From Microcystis aeruginosa NIES-2549 (lineage in GTDB: Bacteria; Cyanobacteriota; Cyanobacteriia; Cyanobacteriales; Microcystaceae), in the NCBI RefSeq assembly GCF_000981785.2, contig NZ_CP011304.1:990001-1022000 (forward strand): 32,000 bases of DNA. Direction: 5' to 3'. The notes beneath the pieces were generated by a model. The model was not told the DNA's origin. It did no database searches and was given only the letters and a program-made list of their open reading frames with translations. Positions within the stretch are counted from its first letter, which is position 1. Every line of letters starts with the position of its first letter. Position numbers and translations under genes: made by a program. Below are positions 8,479-17,462 of this stretch, piece by piece.

Positions 8479-9844
8479 TATCCCTACCGCTAGTGGTCGT
8501 GACCAAAGTTCCACCGGCTTCGCTTGGTGGTCTGGTAACGCTCGTCTCATCAACCTCTCCGGTAAACTGCTCGGCGCTCACGTCGCCCACGCTGGTTTAA
8601 TCGTTTTCTGGGCCGGGGCGATGACCCTGTTTGAAACCGCCCACTTTATCCCCGAAAAACCGATGTACGAACAGGGTTTAATCCTGCTTCCCCACTTAGC
8701 TACCCTCGGTTTTGGGGTCGGTCCGGGTGGTGAAGTAGTCGATACCTTCCCCTACTTCGTCGCTGGTGTTCTGCACTTAATTTCTTCGGCTGTACTCGGT
8801 TTTGGTGGTATCTACCACGCTATCCGCGGACCGGAAACCCTAGAGGAATACTCTAATTTCTTCGGTTACGACTGGAAAGACAAAAACCAAATGACCAACA
8901 TCATCGGTTATCACCTGATTCTCTTGGGTTGTGGTGCGCTGTTGTTGGTATTTAAAGCCATGTTCTTTGGCGGTGTCTATGATACCTGGGCCCCCGGTGG
9001 CGGTGATGTCCGCGTCATCACTAATCCTACCCTCAACCCCGCAGTTATCTTTGGTTATCTGACCAAAGCTCCTTTCGGTGGCGAAGGCTGGATTATCAGC
9101 GTCAACAACATGGAAGATATCATCGGCGGTCACATCTGGATTGGCTTAATCTGTATCGGTGGCGGTATCTGGCACATTCTCACCAAACCCTTTGCTTGGG
9201 CGCGTCGCGCTTTCATCTGGTCTGGAGAAGCCTATCTGTCCTACAGCTTGGGCGCTCTTTCCATGATGGGCTTTATCGCCGCCGTTTACGTTTGGTTTAA
9301 CAACACCGCCTATCCCAGTGAATTCTACGGTCCGACCGGTATGGAAGCTTCCCAAGCTCAAGCTTTCACCTTCTTGGTGCGTGACCAACGCTTAGGCGCT
9401 AACGTCGCTTCTGCCCAAGGCCCCACCGGTCTAGGTAAATACCTGATGCGCTCTCCCACTGGCGAAATTATCTTCGGTGGTGAAACCATGCGTTTCTGGG
9501 ATTTCCGCGGTCCCTGGTTAGAACCCCTCCGCGGTCCTAACGGTTTAGACCTCGACAAAATCAGAAATGACGTACAACCCTGGCAAGTACGCCGCGCGGC
9601 TGAATACATGACCCACGCTCCTTTAGGTTCCTTGAACTCTGTGGGTGGGGTTATCACTGACGTTAACTCGTTTAACTATGTGTCTCCTCGCGCTTGGTTG
9701 GCTACCTCTCACTTCACCCTCGCCTTCTTCTTCCTGATTGGACACCTCTGGCACGCTGGACGCGCTCGCGCCGCCGCCGCCGGTTTCGAGAAAGGAATTG
9801 ACCGCGAGACTGAACCCGCATTGGCAATGCCTGACCTCGACTAA
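8462..9844 (+). CDS. psbC: Photosystem II CP43 chlorophyll-binding antenna protein
   Basis: The 460-aa product ([42 protein letters not shown]...) is canonical CP43. GTG start at 8462 overlaps the psbD 3' end by 17 nt, the classic cyanobacterial psbD-psbC arrangement. Confidence 0.97.
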   Translation: MVTLSNIPTASGRDQSSTGFAWWSGNARLINLSGKLLGAHVAHAGLIVFWAGAMTLFETAHFIPEKPMYEQGLILLPHLATLGFGVGPGGEVVDTFPYFVAGVLHLISSAVLGFGGIYHAIRGPETLEEYSNFFGYDWKDKNQMTNIIGYHLILLGCGALLLVFKAMFFGGVYDTWAPGGGDVRVITNPTLNPAVIFGYLTKAPFGGEGWIISVNNMEDIIGGHIWIGLICIGGGIWHILTKPFAWARRAFIWSGEAYLSYSLGALSMMGFIAAVYVWFNNTAYPSEFYGPTGMEASQAQAFTFLVRDQRLGANVASAQGPTGLGKYLMRSPTGEIIFGGETMRFWDFRGPWLEPLRGPNGLDLDKIRNDVQPWQVRRAAEYMTHAPLGSLNSVGGVITDVNSFNYVSPRAWLATSHFTLAFFFLIGHLWHAGRARAAAAGFEKGIDRETEPALAMPDLD

Positions 9845-9866
9845 TTTCGGTTAGTTCGATGGCAGC

Positions 9867-9896
9867 GGCTCCCGTCTAGTTGGCGGGAGCCTTTTT
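9867..9896 (+). terminator. Rho-independent terminator of the psbDC operon
   Basis: GGCTCCCG (9867-9874) pairs with CGGGAGCC (9884-9891) across a 9-nt loop, followed by TTTTT (9892-9896), 23 nt after the psbC stop. Confidence 0.75.
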
Positions 9897-9906
9897 GTGG
9901 TTAATA

Positions 9907-10971
9907 TCAGACATTGACATCCTCAGACGCGGCTAAAACACTCTCTAAAGCCGATAATAATCGTTGATTTTCTGCCGGTAAACGGACAGCGACCCGAAAA
10001 TAATTGCTGCCCAATTCGGGGAAACTGAGACAATCGCGGATAAAAATTCGATGATATTTTAATAAAGCTTCCTGTAGGGGTAAACAGGAAGATTGAGATT
10101 GTACTAAGAGGAAGTTAGCGGCACTGGTTTGGGGCTGTAATTGCGGAAATTTAGCTAATCCCTGCCATAAATCCTCACGGGCTGCCGTTAACCAATCCCA
10201 AGTTTGTTGTTGAAAATCCCTATCTTCAATTCCCGCAATAGCGGCAACCACAGCCAAATTATTCACCGACCAAGGATCGCGCCATCTTTGCCATTGTAAC
10301 AGGCGATCGGGATGGGCGAGGACGTATCCTAGACGTAAACCGGGGAGACTGTAAAATTTAGTTAGGGAACGCAAAATCACGAGATTGGGATATTCCGGCA
10401 ACAGAGATATTAAACTCTCCTGTTGTTGGGGGGGTAAAAAATCCATAAAAGCTTCATCCACTACCACCAAACCAAATTGCGATAGATAGGGACGAATGGC
10501 CGCCACCGTCCAGAGTTTCCCCGTGGGATTGTGGGGATTATTGAGTAATAAGCCTTGTTTTTTGGGATTAAACGGCTTTAAAGTGGTTAAATCTAGGGAA
10601 TGTTGGCAGATTTTCCCACCAAAACTTTTTAAGGCCCGTTCGTAATCGTTAAAAGCGGGCGTTAGTACATAAACACTATCAAATGAGGCCAATTCCCGAC
10701 CGGCCCAGGTTAATAACTCAGCCGCACCATTGCCGGGGAGAATCCAATCTGGGCCGATATTGTGCCATTGGCCGAGGGCAGAACGCAACTGCCAATACGC
10801 GGGGTCAGGATAACGAGTCAGACTGGTTAAATGGCTTTTAATAGCGGTTAGGGCGCTTTCTGGCGGACCGAGGGGGTTGATACTGGCAGAAAAATCGAGA
10901 ATAGAGGAAACCGGACAGCCGGCAATGGCGGCCGCCCAGTCAAGATTACCACCATGTTTAGGTCTAGGCAA
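9907..10971 (-). CDS. cobD: Threonine-phosphate decarboxylase (cobalamin biosynthesis), class I/II aminotransferase fold
   Basis: The N-terminus HGGNLDWAAAIAGCPVSSILDFSASINPLGPP is the CobD signature as I know it. NPHNPTG and the SLTKFYSLPGLRLGY PLP-lysine region are present. Confidence 0.75.
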   Translation of the reverse strand: MPRPKHGGNLDWAAAIAGCPVSSILDFSASINPLGPPESALTAIKSHLTSLTRYPDPAYWQLRSALGQWHNIGPDWILPGNGAAELLTWAGRELASFDSVYVLTPAFNDYERALKSFGGKICQHSLDLTTLKPFNPKKQGLLLNNPHNPTGKLWTVAAIRPYLSQFGLVVVDEAFMDFLPPQQQESLISLLPEYPNLVILRSLTKFYSLPGLRLGYVLAHPDRLLQWQRWRDPWSVNNLAVVAAIAGIEDRDFQQQTWDWLTAAREDLWQGLAKFPQLQPQTSAANFLLVQSQSSCLPLQEALLKYHRIFIRDCLSFPELGSNYFRVAVRLPAENQRLLSALESVLAASEDVNV

Positions 10972-11002
10972 AAGACTTACAGCGAACGAAACTCAACAGT
11001 AA

Positions 11003-11287
11003 TTATTCCTTATCCGGGGCTACTCTGTCTTTAAACAGTTTACCGGCCGAGAAAGCCGGGACGCGAGTGGCCGGAATCTCCATCTTATCGCCGGTTTTCG
11101 GGTTGCGTCCTTCCCTGGCCTGACGTTCCCGGGCCTCGAAGGAACCGAATCCTACTAGGGTTACTTTGTCCCCCTCAGAAACCGCTTCGATAATAGTTTC
11201 GATGGCGGCAGTGAGAACAGCATCTGCTTGTTTTTTGGTGACAGAGGCTTTGAGAGCGATTTGATCGATTAATTCACCTTTATTCAT
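11003..11287 (-). CDS. hup: HU-family nucleoid DNA-binding protein
   Basis: 94-aa product MNKGELIDQIA...VTLVGFGSFEARERQAREGRNPKTGDKMEIPATRVPAFSAGKLFKD is canonical HU. Confidence 0.95.
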   Translation of the reverse strand: MNKGELIDQIALKASVTKKQADAVLTAAIETIIEAVSEGDKVTLVGFGSFEARERQAREGRNPKTGDKMEIPATRVPAFSAGKLFKDRVAPDKE

Positions 11288-11800
11288 GCGCTAACTCCTT
11301 TTTTTGCGGTTTTTCTGAGTTTAGGGTGGTTGTCAGTAGTTTATGGTTCTCCTGTTGAGGACTCGCCAGGATCGAGAACAATAAATAATGCCTCAAATCC
11401 CCATTGGCTATATATTCCACTGCATTATTCTAAGCGGGAATTGTCTCGATCGGAATCGCTGAAACCTTTAATTTATCTAGATTTCCTCCCGATTCCCCGC
11501 CAAGGCGAGTGACAAAAGGGAATAAGCGAGAGATTAACAGCGATATAAGCTAATAAAAAGAGATTAGTTGGCTAAATTGCCGATAAATATTCTCTAAAAG
11601 CGATAGGTATCCTAACTTCCCAAAAATCGTTCATCGGTTCTCTCAAAGATTTTTGACTAATTTTGCCCCTAGAAACGTTAAAAAAGTTTACCAAAGCAAT
11701 TTCTGCCCAAAAATTAAGGTTCGGGCTAAGGAGATATTCGCTAGAATTGGAACTTATGATCGTTAAAAATATTCAAAAAAGCAGGATTTAACTGGAAAGT

Positions 11801-12319
11801 TTGCTATCATTATCTATTCAGCGACAAACTCGCATGGTGATTTACTGCTATCCCCTAGCCGATCTAGGTCAAAGCTTAAGACGTTCTTTTATTGTGACTT
11901 TTTTGGCAGTAATCGCCATTCTTGGCGGTCTGATTCCCGAATTTTCTTGGACGACGGAGGTGGTTAGTTTCCAGTCCTCCGCTTATACTCAAGATTTTAC
12001 GGCTGACCAAATTAAACGTTATGCGACCGCAGTTTTGTTGATCGAAACCCAAAGAAAACAAGCTTATCAGGCAATTTCGCGAATTTTAGGGAAAAGTCCT
12101 CCAGCAATCACCTGTAACCAACGGGAAAGCTTTAATAATCTTCCAGCTAATGCCCAAAGAATTGCCGTAGATTATTGTAATAACTCAAAAAAGATTGTCA
12201 AAGATAGTGGTCTGACTGCCGCTCAGTTTAACGCTATTACTAACCGGATTCGTACCGATGATAACTTGAGACGACGGGTGCAAAATGAGATGATTCGTCT
12301 GCAACGGGAGAATAAATAG
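11801..12319 (+). CDS. DUF4168-like secreted/periplasmic protein
   Basis: Hydrophobic N-terminal segment (FIVTFLAVIAILGGLI) followed by two helical repeats (FTADQIKRYATAVLLIETQRKQAYQAI and LTAAQFNAITNRIRTDDNLRRRVQNEM), as in DUF4168. The start is uncertain (TTG 11801 versus ATG 11835). Confidence 0.5.
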   Translation: MLSLSIQRQTRMVIYCYPLADLGQSLRRSFIVTFLAVIAILGGLIPEFSWTTEVVSFQSSAYTQDFTADQIKRYATAVLLIETQRKQAYQAISRILGKSPPAITCNQRESFNNLPANAQRIAVDYCNNSKKIVKDSGLTAAQFNAITNRIRTDDNLRRRVQNEMIRLQRENK

Positions 12320-12396
12320 AAAAAGTTCCTCAGTTTTTCGGGTCAAGCTGGAGTCAGGGCTACAATTAAGAATGTTTTTTCCCATTGACCACTACC

Positions 12397-12873
12397 ATGT
12401 TAACTTTTACCGAGCGCTTACCACCCCGTCATACCGCTAGTCTACCTCCCCCAGAAACGGTACTTTTTAGCCTCCTACTTACGGCCGAAGAACGTACCCG
12501 CAGCCGTTATCGTCTCGACAGTCCCGAAGGTTTTTCCCTCTGTTTTCGTTTACCCCGCGGCACAATTCTACAGGACCGCGATTTCCTGCGGGGAGAAAAC
12601 GGCGAAATTATTCAAATAATTGCTAAACCAGAACCAGTTATCACTATTACTGCCCCTTCAACCGATTTACTCCTCAAAGCTGCCTATCACCTCGGTAATC
12701 GTCATGTAGCCCTAGAAATTAATCCCGATTATCTCCGTCTGGCCCCCGATTCTGTCCTACAAGCAATGTTAGAAGGTTTGGGATTAGCTGTAAATGAAGA
12801 AATCGCCCCTTTTAACCCCGAAATCGGCGCTTATCAGCATTATCATGACCTGGAAGAGGGAAAAAAGGGATAG
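12397..12873 (+). CDS. ureE: Urease accessory (nickel metallochaperone) protein UreE
   Basis: The AAYHLGNRHVALEI motif and overall size fit UreE. I prefer ATG 12397 (MLTFTERL) over the track's TTG 12385. No other ure genes are in the window. It has no long His-rich tail (only HYH). Confidence 0.7.
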   Translation: MLTFTERLPPRHTASLPPPETVLFSLLLTAEERTRSRYRLDSPEGFSLCFRLPRGTILQDRDFLRGENGEIIQIIAKPEPVITITAPSTDLLLKAAYHLGNRHVALEINPDYLRLAPDSVLQAMLEGLGLAVNEEIAPFNPEIGAYQHYHDLEEGKKG

Positions 12874-12883
12874 TTTAAAAAAG

Positions 12884-13059
12884 ACCTCTTGCAGAAATCA
12901 AAAATCGTTGTTAGGGTTAGGAGTCAGTAGCCAGTAGTCAGTAGTCAGGAGAATTAAAAATGAGCATTAATCAATTAAATGGTCTATTTACAGATTCTAT
13001 GCCATTTAATTCTTATTTTTGCCGTTTTTGAACCATGAAAAATTAATTATGCAAGAGGT
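12884..13059. repeat. Possible MITE-like element bounded by 10-bp inverted repeats
   Basis: ACCTCTTGCA (12884-12893) and TGCAAGAGGT (13050-13059) are perfect inverted repeats bracketing 156 nt of non-coding, AT-rich sequence. That sequence includes the heptamer array and an inner TTAAATGG/CCATTTAA inverted pair. Confidence 0.3.
12922..12949. repeat. STRR-like tandem heptamer array (AGTCAGT AGCCAGT AGTCAGT AGTCAGG)
   Basis: Four contiguous 7-nt units read directly from the sequence. Short tandemly repeated heptamers are a known cyanobacterial intergenic feature. Confidence 0.7.
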
Positions 13060-13255
13060 TTAAAGAACGGAATTCGGTGTGGGTCAAAGTTCCTAGAAAA
13101 GCCTTGGGGATAGCTTGAGTATTTATACTTATTGTAATCCAGGTATGCTTTCCCTAAGATAAAGTTGACTGGTAATCGTCCAGAAATAATTACCGAAAAC
13201 TTAGGGATTAAAACTCTTAGAATGATGTTTTTATTGTATTCAGGAAGTTGAAAAA

Positions 13256-13537
13256 ATGAAGACCAAATCGATCATAAGCTTACTATCCCTTAGTATTATG
13301 GGAATGTCAATCTATGCAGGTCAAGTTAATAGTAGTGATTATCGAGCCTTGACCCCGGAAGAAAAATCACGGTTGACTGATGCTTTGCTAAAACAGGGTT
13401 GTAGGAATCCTAAAGCGATGAAATTTGATGTTGAGACTAACCAGTTTGAAGCAGAAGATGCTGTGTGTGAGGGAGGAAGAAAGTATGATATTTACCTTGA
13501 TAAAAACTTGAGGATTGTTTCAATGAAACCAGACTAA
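13256..13537 (+). CDS. Small secreted protein, possibly PepSY-like
   Basis: 93 aa with an N-terminal signal-like segment (KSIISLLSLSIMGMSIYAGQ). The C-terminal GGRKYDIYLDKNLRIVSMKPD resembles the PepSY beta-hairpin pattern. Weak assignment. Confidence 0.4.
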   Translation: MKTKSIISLLSLSIMGMSIYAGQVNSSDYRALTPEEKSRLTDALLKQGCRNPKAMKFDVETNQFEAEDAVCEGGRKYDIYLDKNLRIVSMKPD

Positions 13538-13560
13538 ACGCTCAAATCCCTGAGAAGCTT

Positions 13561-14541
13561 TTACTGGTCGCTGCGAAGATTACCGATCAGGTATAACAAA
13601 GCCATTCTGACAGCGACACCACTGGTAACTTGTTGGGAAATCAGACTAAAATCGGGATCGTCCATTAAATCGGAACTAATTTCCACTCCCCGATTCACAG
13701 GACCCGGATGAAGTACCTTCACCCCCGGTTGACAGGATTGCAAACGAGGACGAGTAATGCCAAAACTTTGATGATATTCGCGTAAACTGGGCAAAAGATT
13801 GGCAGTCATGCGTTCTTTTTGCAGTCGCAGGGTCATCACAAAATCGGCCTTTTCTAAAGCTGGTTCTAAATCCCAGTGGAGAAATAGGCGATCGCACAAT
13901 TCTCCAAAATATTTCGGTAGTAGGGTGGGGGGTGCGGACAAATGTACTTCCGCCCCAGCCGTGGTTAAACTCCAGATATTGGAACGAGCGACGCGAGAAT
14001 GGAGTATATCCCCAACAATAGCGATTTTTTTGCCCTCTAACAGTTCTAAACGGGGATTTTCCTCGTCTAACAGACAACAGATCGTAAACAGGTCTAAAAG
14101 TCCCTGAGAGGGGTGTTCGTGTTGACCGTCCCCAGCATTAAGAATACTGACCCCCGACTGCAAACGATCCATTTCTGCGGCAATTAAATCGGGAACCCCC
14201 GACTGTTGATGTCGGATGACAAAAATATCCGTACCCATGGCCACATAGGTTAAAGCGGTATCGAGAATCGTTTCCCCCTTAGTCAAACTGGAACTACCCG
14301 GGGCAAAATTAAGAACATCGGCCGAAAGACGTTTCGCCGCTAGTTCAAAACTACTACGGGTGCGGGTGGAAGGTTCAAAAAAAAGATTCGTCACCACTTG
14401 TCCCTGTAGGGCCGGCACTTTCTTGGTGCGTCGGGAAAGAACTTCACGAAAACTAGAGGCCGTTTGTAGCAGGGTTTGGTATTCTTCCGGTTGCCAGTCT
14501 TGCAATCCCAAAATGTGGTGTCGGGTCCAAGTGAAAGCCAT
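13561..14541 (-). CDS. pyrB: Aspartate carbamoyltransferase catalytic subunit
   Basis: [23 protein letters not shown] (carbamoyl-phosphate binding STRTR), HPSQGLLD and HPGPVNRG motifs. 326 aa. Confidence 0.93.
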   Translation of the reverse strand: MAFTWTRHHILGLQDWQPEEYQTLLQTASSFREVLSRRTKKVPALQGQVVTNLFFEPSTRTRSSFELAAKRLSADVLNFAPGSSSLTKGETILDTALTYVAMGTDIFVIRHQQSGVPDLIAAEMDRLQSGVSILNAGDGQHEHPSQGLLDLFTICCLLDEENPRLELLEGKKIAIVGDILHSRVARSNIWSLTTAGAEVHLSAPPTLLPKYFGELCDRLFLHWDLEPALEKADFVMTLRLQKERMTANLLPSLREYHQSFGITRPRLQSCQPGVKVLHPGPVNRGVEISSDLMDDPDFSLISQQVTSGVAVRMALLYLIGNLRSDQ

Positions 14542-14624
14542 AGGAGTTAAGGAGGCGGTAAAAACGGCAAATTTCGTCTATGCTATTGTAGGATTTCTTT
14601 GCATCAGGTTAATAAATAGGGTTT

Positions 14625-15227
14625 ATGAGAATTAATTTTTCCTTCTGTCAGATCACCCTTGCGCTCGCTTTATTTCTTAATCCCTTGCCAGCGATCGTTG
14701 CCCAGACTACCACCTCTGGGGAAATGGTATCACCGACCACGGGCATTAATTACACTCGCCTGCAAAATTTCCTCGCTCAACAAAATTGGCGGCAAGCTAA
14801 CGATGAAACCCGTAATTTAATGCTGAAAGCGACCGGACGGGAATTACAGGGCTGGTTTACCATGGAAGACCTGCAAAAATTGGCCTGTTGGGATCTGCAA
14901 AAGATGGACCAACTCTGGAAAGAAGCTTCCGGGGGTCGTTTTAGTTTCAGTACCCAATTTCGCATTTTTATCGAGACAGGTAATCGACCAGGGCGCTTAG
15001 TGGCGATCGAAAATTTTCAAACTTTTGGCGATCGTATCGGTTGGCGTAAAGGTGGTGATTGGATTATTTTTAAAGAAAATCTTAACTATACCCTCAATGC
15101 TCCCGTCGGTCATCTGCCGGCGCCCCGGGACGAATATCAGATCGCCGGTGGTCGCCTAGAATACTCCACCCTCGCCCAAAGATTAGTCACCTGTAATATT
15201 GTTAGCTTAGGGCAAAGCAAACAGTGA
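14625..15227 (+). CDS. GUN4-domain protein with an N-terminal signal-like sequence
   Basis: LQNFLAQQNWRQANDETRNLMLKATGRELQGWFTMEDLQKLACWDLQKMDQLWKEASGGRFSFSTQFRIF matches the GUN4 porphyrin-binding domain pattern (W..AD.ET...ML...G.L....I..fPC.DL..ID.LW...S.GrFGFSvQ). The N-terminus FCQITLALALFLNPLPAIVAQ looks like a signal peptide. Confidence 0.65.
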   Translation: MRINFSFCQITLALALFLNPLPAIVAQTTTSGEMVSPTTGINYTRLQNFLAQQNWRQANDETRNLMLKATGRELQGWFTMEDLQKLACWDLQKMDQLWKEASGGRFSFSTQFRIFIETGNRPGRLVAIENFQTFGDRIGWRKGGDWIIFKENLNYTLNAPVGHLPAPRDEYQIAGGRLEYSTLAQRLVTCNIVSLGQSKQ

Positions 15228-15339
15228 TCACGCGATCAATTCTGTAGAATAAAATTTAAGGAAAAGCTTCTCTCCTCATCTTCCTCTTCCTTTTCCGATT
15301 TACTAGCACTTTTGCCGCTAAAAACGCGTAAATTTAACA

Positions 15340-16797
15340 ATGATTAAACGATCCGTTAACGTATCGAGAGCGATCGGTTCGTCGATCGCCGTTTCCCTAA
15401 TTATCACCGGTTGCGCCACCCAAACCCCCCAGGCCACTGGACCGGCGGCTGTTCCCGTCAAACTGCAAACCCTCGGCACCGACAAATTAGTGCAAAGTAG
15501 CGAATTTGTGGGTACTTTGATCGCCCAAGAGCGTGTTAGCGTCTCCCCTCAGATTACCGGTCGAATTCGGTCTATTTTCGTTAAATCTGGCGATCAGGTA
15601 ACTCAGGGACAAAAAATCGCCGAATTGGATCCCGAACAACAACAGCAACAGGTAAACGCCAGTATCGGCCAGGTAAATTCGGCCAAAGCGAACCTCAACG
15701 GGTCTGAAGCAGATTTAAGGCAAAGACAAGCGCAAGCGAGGGCAAATAAAGCCCAAATTGCCCAGAATCGGGCTAATGTGGCTAATGCCGAAGCTAATGT
15801 GAAAAGTCAGATCGCCACCTTGAGCGCCGCCGAAGCCGATTTACAGAGAGCGAGAGCTAATTTAGATTTAGCGGAAAAAAACCTAACAAGAGCCGAATTT
15901 CTGGTTAAACAAGGCGCACAGCCCCAACAGGACTTAGATGATCGCCGCCGCGACATTCAGGCCGCCAGGGCGGAAGTAGAGGCCCGGTCTAAAAATCGTG
16001 ATGCGGCCCGTCAACAGGTGACGGCGGCTAGAGCTACCCTACAGGCAAACAAAGAAGCATTAAATATCGCCATTCAAAACGAATTAGCCTCACGGCAACA
16101 GGTGGCGGCGGCGGCGGCAACAGTGAACAGTCGTCAAGCGGCGGTAGCCAGCGCCGAGGGGCAATTAGGGGCGACGCGTCAGAATTTAGTTTTTAACACC
16201 ATTACCGCCCCGATTGATGGTTTTGTCGGCGATTTTAATCAAAGAAAAGTCGGCGATATTATCTCCCTGGGTGAAGAATTAACCTCGTTGACTAATAATA
16301 AAACTTTGGAACTAAATGTGCAGATTCCCGTGGAATTACAACCGCGTCTGCGCGTCGGTTTGCCTGTGGAAATTATTAATCCCGATGGCAGCCCGGGGGT
16401 TCGCGGTCAAGTAACTTTTATTTCCCCCACCGTTTCCCAAGCTACCCAATCGGTTTTAGTCAAATTTTCCTTTACTAATGATGGCAGTCTTCGCAATAAC
16501 CAATATGTGCGGGCGCGGGTAATTTGGGATCAAAAACCAGGGGTATTAGTTCCCACCACGGCAGTGACTAGCATCGGGGCGCAAAATTTTGTTTTTGTGG
16601 CCGAAAAAGAAAAGGCTAAAGAAGGTCAAGAAAATGCCGAGGAGCGTTTAGTGGTCAGACAAAAACCAATTCAAGTCGGCACAATTCAAGGGCAAGCTTA
16701 TCAGGTTATTTCTGGAGTAAATGCCGGGGAAAGAATTGCTATTAATAATATTCTTTCTCTCCGAGATGGTACAGCTATAACTGTTAGTCAGCAGTAA
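15340..16797 (+). CDS. Efflux-transporter periplasmic adaptor (membrane fusion protein, RND/HlyD_D23 type), lipoprotein
   Basis: Lipobox LIITGC. Lipoyl-like VSPQITGRIRSIFVKSGDQVTQGQKIAELDP. A very long Ala/Gln/Asn-rich coiled-coil hairpin (about aa 100-285), then beta-barrel and MP-proximal segments (ITAPIDGFVGDF..., VLVPTTAV...NFVFV). Confidence 0.8.
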   Translation: MIKRSVNVSRAIGSSIAVSLIITGCATQTPQATGPAAVPVKLQTLGTDKLVQSSEFVGTLIAQERVSVSPQITGRIRSIFVKSGDQVTQGQKIAELDPEQQQQQVNASIGQVNSAKANLNGSEADLRQRQAQARANKAQIAQNRANVANAEANVKSQIATLSAAEADLQRARANLDLAEKNLTRAEFLVKQGAQPQQDLDDRRRDIQAARAEVEARSKNRDAARQQVTAARATLQANKEALNIAIQNELASRQQVAAAAATVNSRQAAVASAEGQLGATRQNLVFNTITAPIDGFVGDFNQRKVGDIISLGEELTSLTNNKTLELNVQIPVELQPRLRVGLPVEIINPDGSPGVRGQVTFISPTVSQATQSVLVKFSFTNDGSLRNNQYVRARVIWDQKPGVLVPTTAVTSIGAQNFVFVAEKEKAKEGQENAEERLVVRQKPIQVGTIQGQAYQVISGVNAGERIAINNILSLRDGTAITVSQQ

Positions 16798-16802
16798 TTT
16801 TT

Positions 16803-17297
16803 ATGAGTAATTCGATTACCGTTCGTCCCCTGTCAGCGCAACTAATTACCGCCGAGAGTTTCCGTCCCTACGGTCAATTAATAACCCCTAGCCATGACGG
16901 GAAACTGTTTGATGAAAGCGATGCACAACTGCATTTAAAAAATGGTGTGCCACGCTTTTATATTATGCGTTTACAGACTCGCGGACGTAAATTTAAGCGA
17001 ATTACTCGTCATAGTCAATGTACCCAATGTCTTGGTTCTTTGGGGGGACAAGAGTGGTTTTTAGGAGTGGCCCCCCCTAGTCCTCATCCTCAACCGGATT
17101 TAGAAAAATTAAAGGTTTTTCGCATCCCCGGGGACTGTTTTATTAAATTAGAGGTGGGAACTTGGCACGCTGGCCCACTTTTTGATCAACCAGCGATCGA
17201 TTTTTATAATCTTGAATTGAGCGATACTAATATTGTCGATCATTTTACCTATAATTTTGCCCAAGAGCAGTCAATAGAATTTGAGATTGTTGATTGA
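16803..17297 (+). CDS. Ureidoglycolate lyase (AllA)-fold family protein
   Basis: LITAESFRPYGQLI, ITRHSQCTQCLGSL and GTWHAGPLF...IDFYNLE parallel the AllA pattern (L..eaF.pyG.vi, ErHP..tQaF.p., vWHhPl...DFl.vdR). Starts 5 nt after the adaptor gene. Confidence 0.6.
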   Translation: MSNSITVRPLSAQLITAESFRPYGQLITPSHDGKLFDESDAQLHLKNGVPRFYIMRLQTRGRKFKRITRHSQCTQCLGSLGGQEWFLGVAPPSPHPQPDLEKLKVFRIPGDCFIKLEVGTWHAGPLFDQPAIDFYNLELSDTNIVDHFTYNFAQEQSIEFEIVD

Positions 17298-17309
17298 AAA
17301 AATATTTTT

Positions 17310-17462
17310 TTACTTAACTTTTCGCAATCCTTTAGATAGATAGGCAACAAAAAAAGCCAACACTCCTGTCATTCCTACCTCAAAATAATTGGCCATAAGA
17401 ATAGCGGTAAAAAACAGGAGCAAGATAATTAATATAGTCCGCTTTTGTTCAGATAATTTCAT
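17310..17462 (-). CDS. Unannotated 50-aa two-helix membrane micro-protein (below the track cutoff)
   Basis: My translation is MKLSEQKRTILIILLLFFTAILMANYFEVGMTGVLAFFVAYLSKGLRKVK. It has two hydrophobic segments flanked by basic residues. ATG 17462-17460 lies inside the last codons of the upstream gene (14-nt overlap), consistent with translational coupling. Confidence 0.45.
   Translation of the reverse strand: MKLSEQKRTILIILLLFFTAILMANYFEVGMTGVLAFFVAYLSKGLRKVK

Noticed and set aside
7401-9657. Several 60-120 aa ORFs antisense to or out of frame within psbD/psbC (7401-7598, 7512-7718, 7822-8184, 8296-8553, 8840-9133, 9146-9388, 9358-9657).
   Set aside because: They lie entirely inside two near-canonical photosystem II genes. 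Their products are low-complexity Arg/Pro/Gly-rich strings typical of shadow frames in a relatively GC-rich, codon-biased gene.
11330-11512. A 60-aa plus-strand ORF in the 513-nt region upstream of the HU gene.
   Set aside because: It has no ribosome-binding context and no motif. It lies in what is more likely the hup 5' leader and promoter region. I found no convincing RNA structure there either.
13676-14635. ORFs at 13676-14077 (-), 13799-14107 (+) and 14360-14635 (+).
   Set aside because: These are alternative frames inside or just overlapping pyrB, which is unambiguous.
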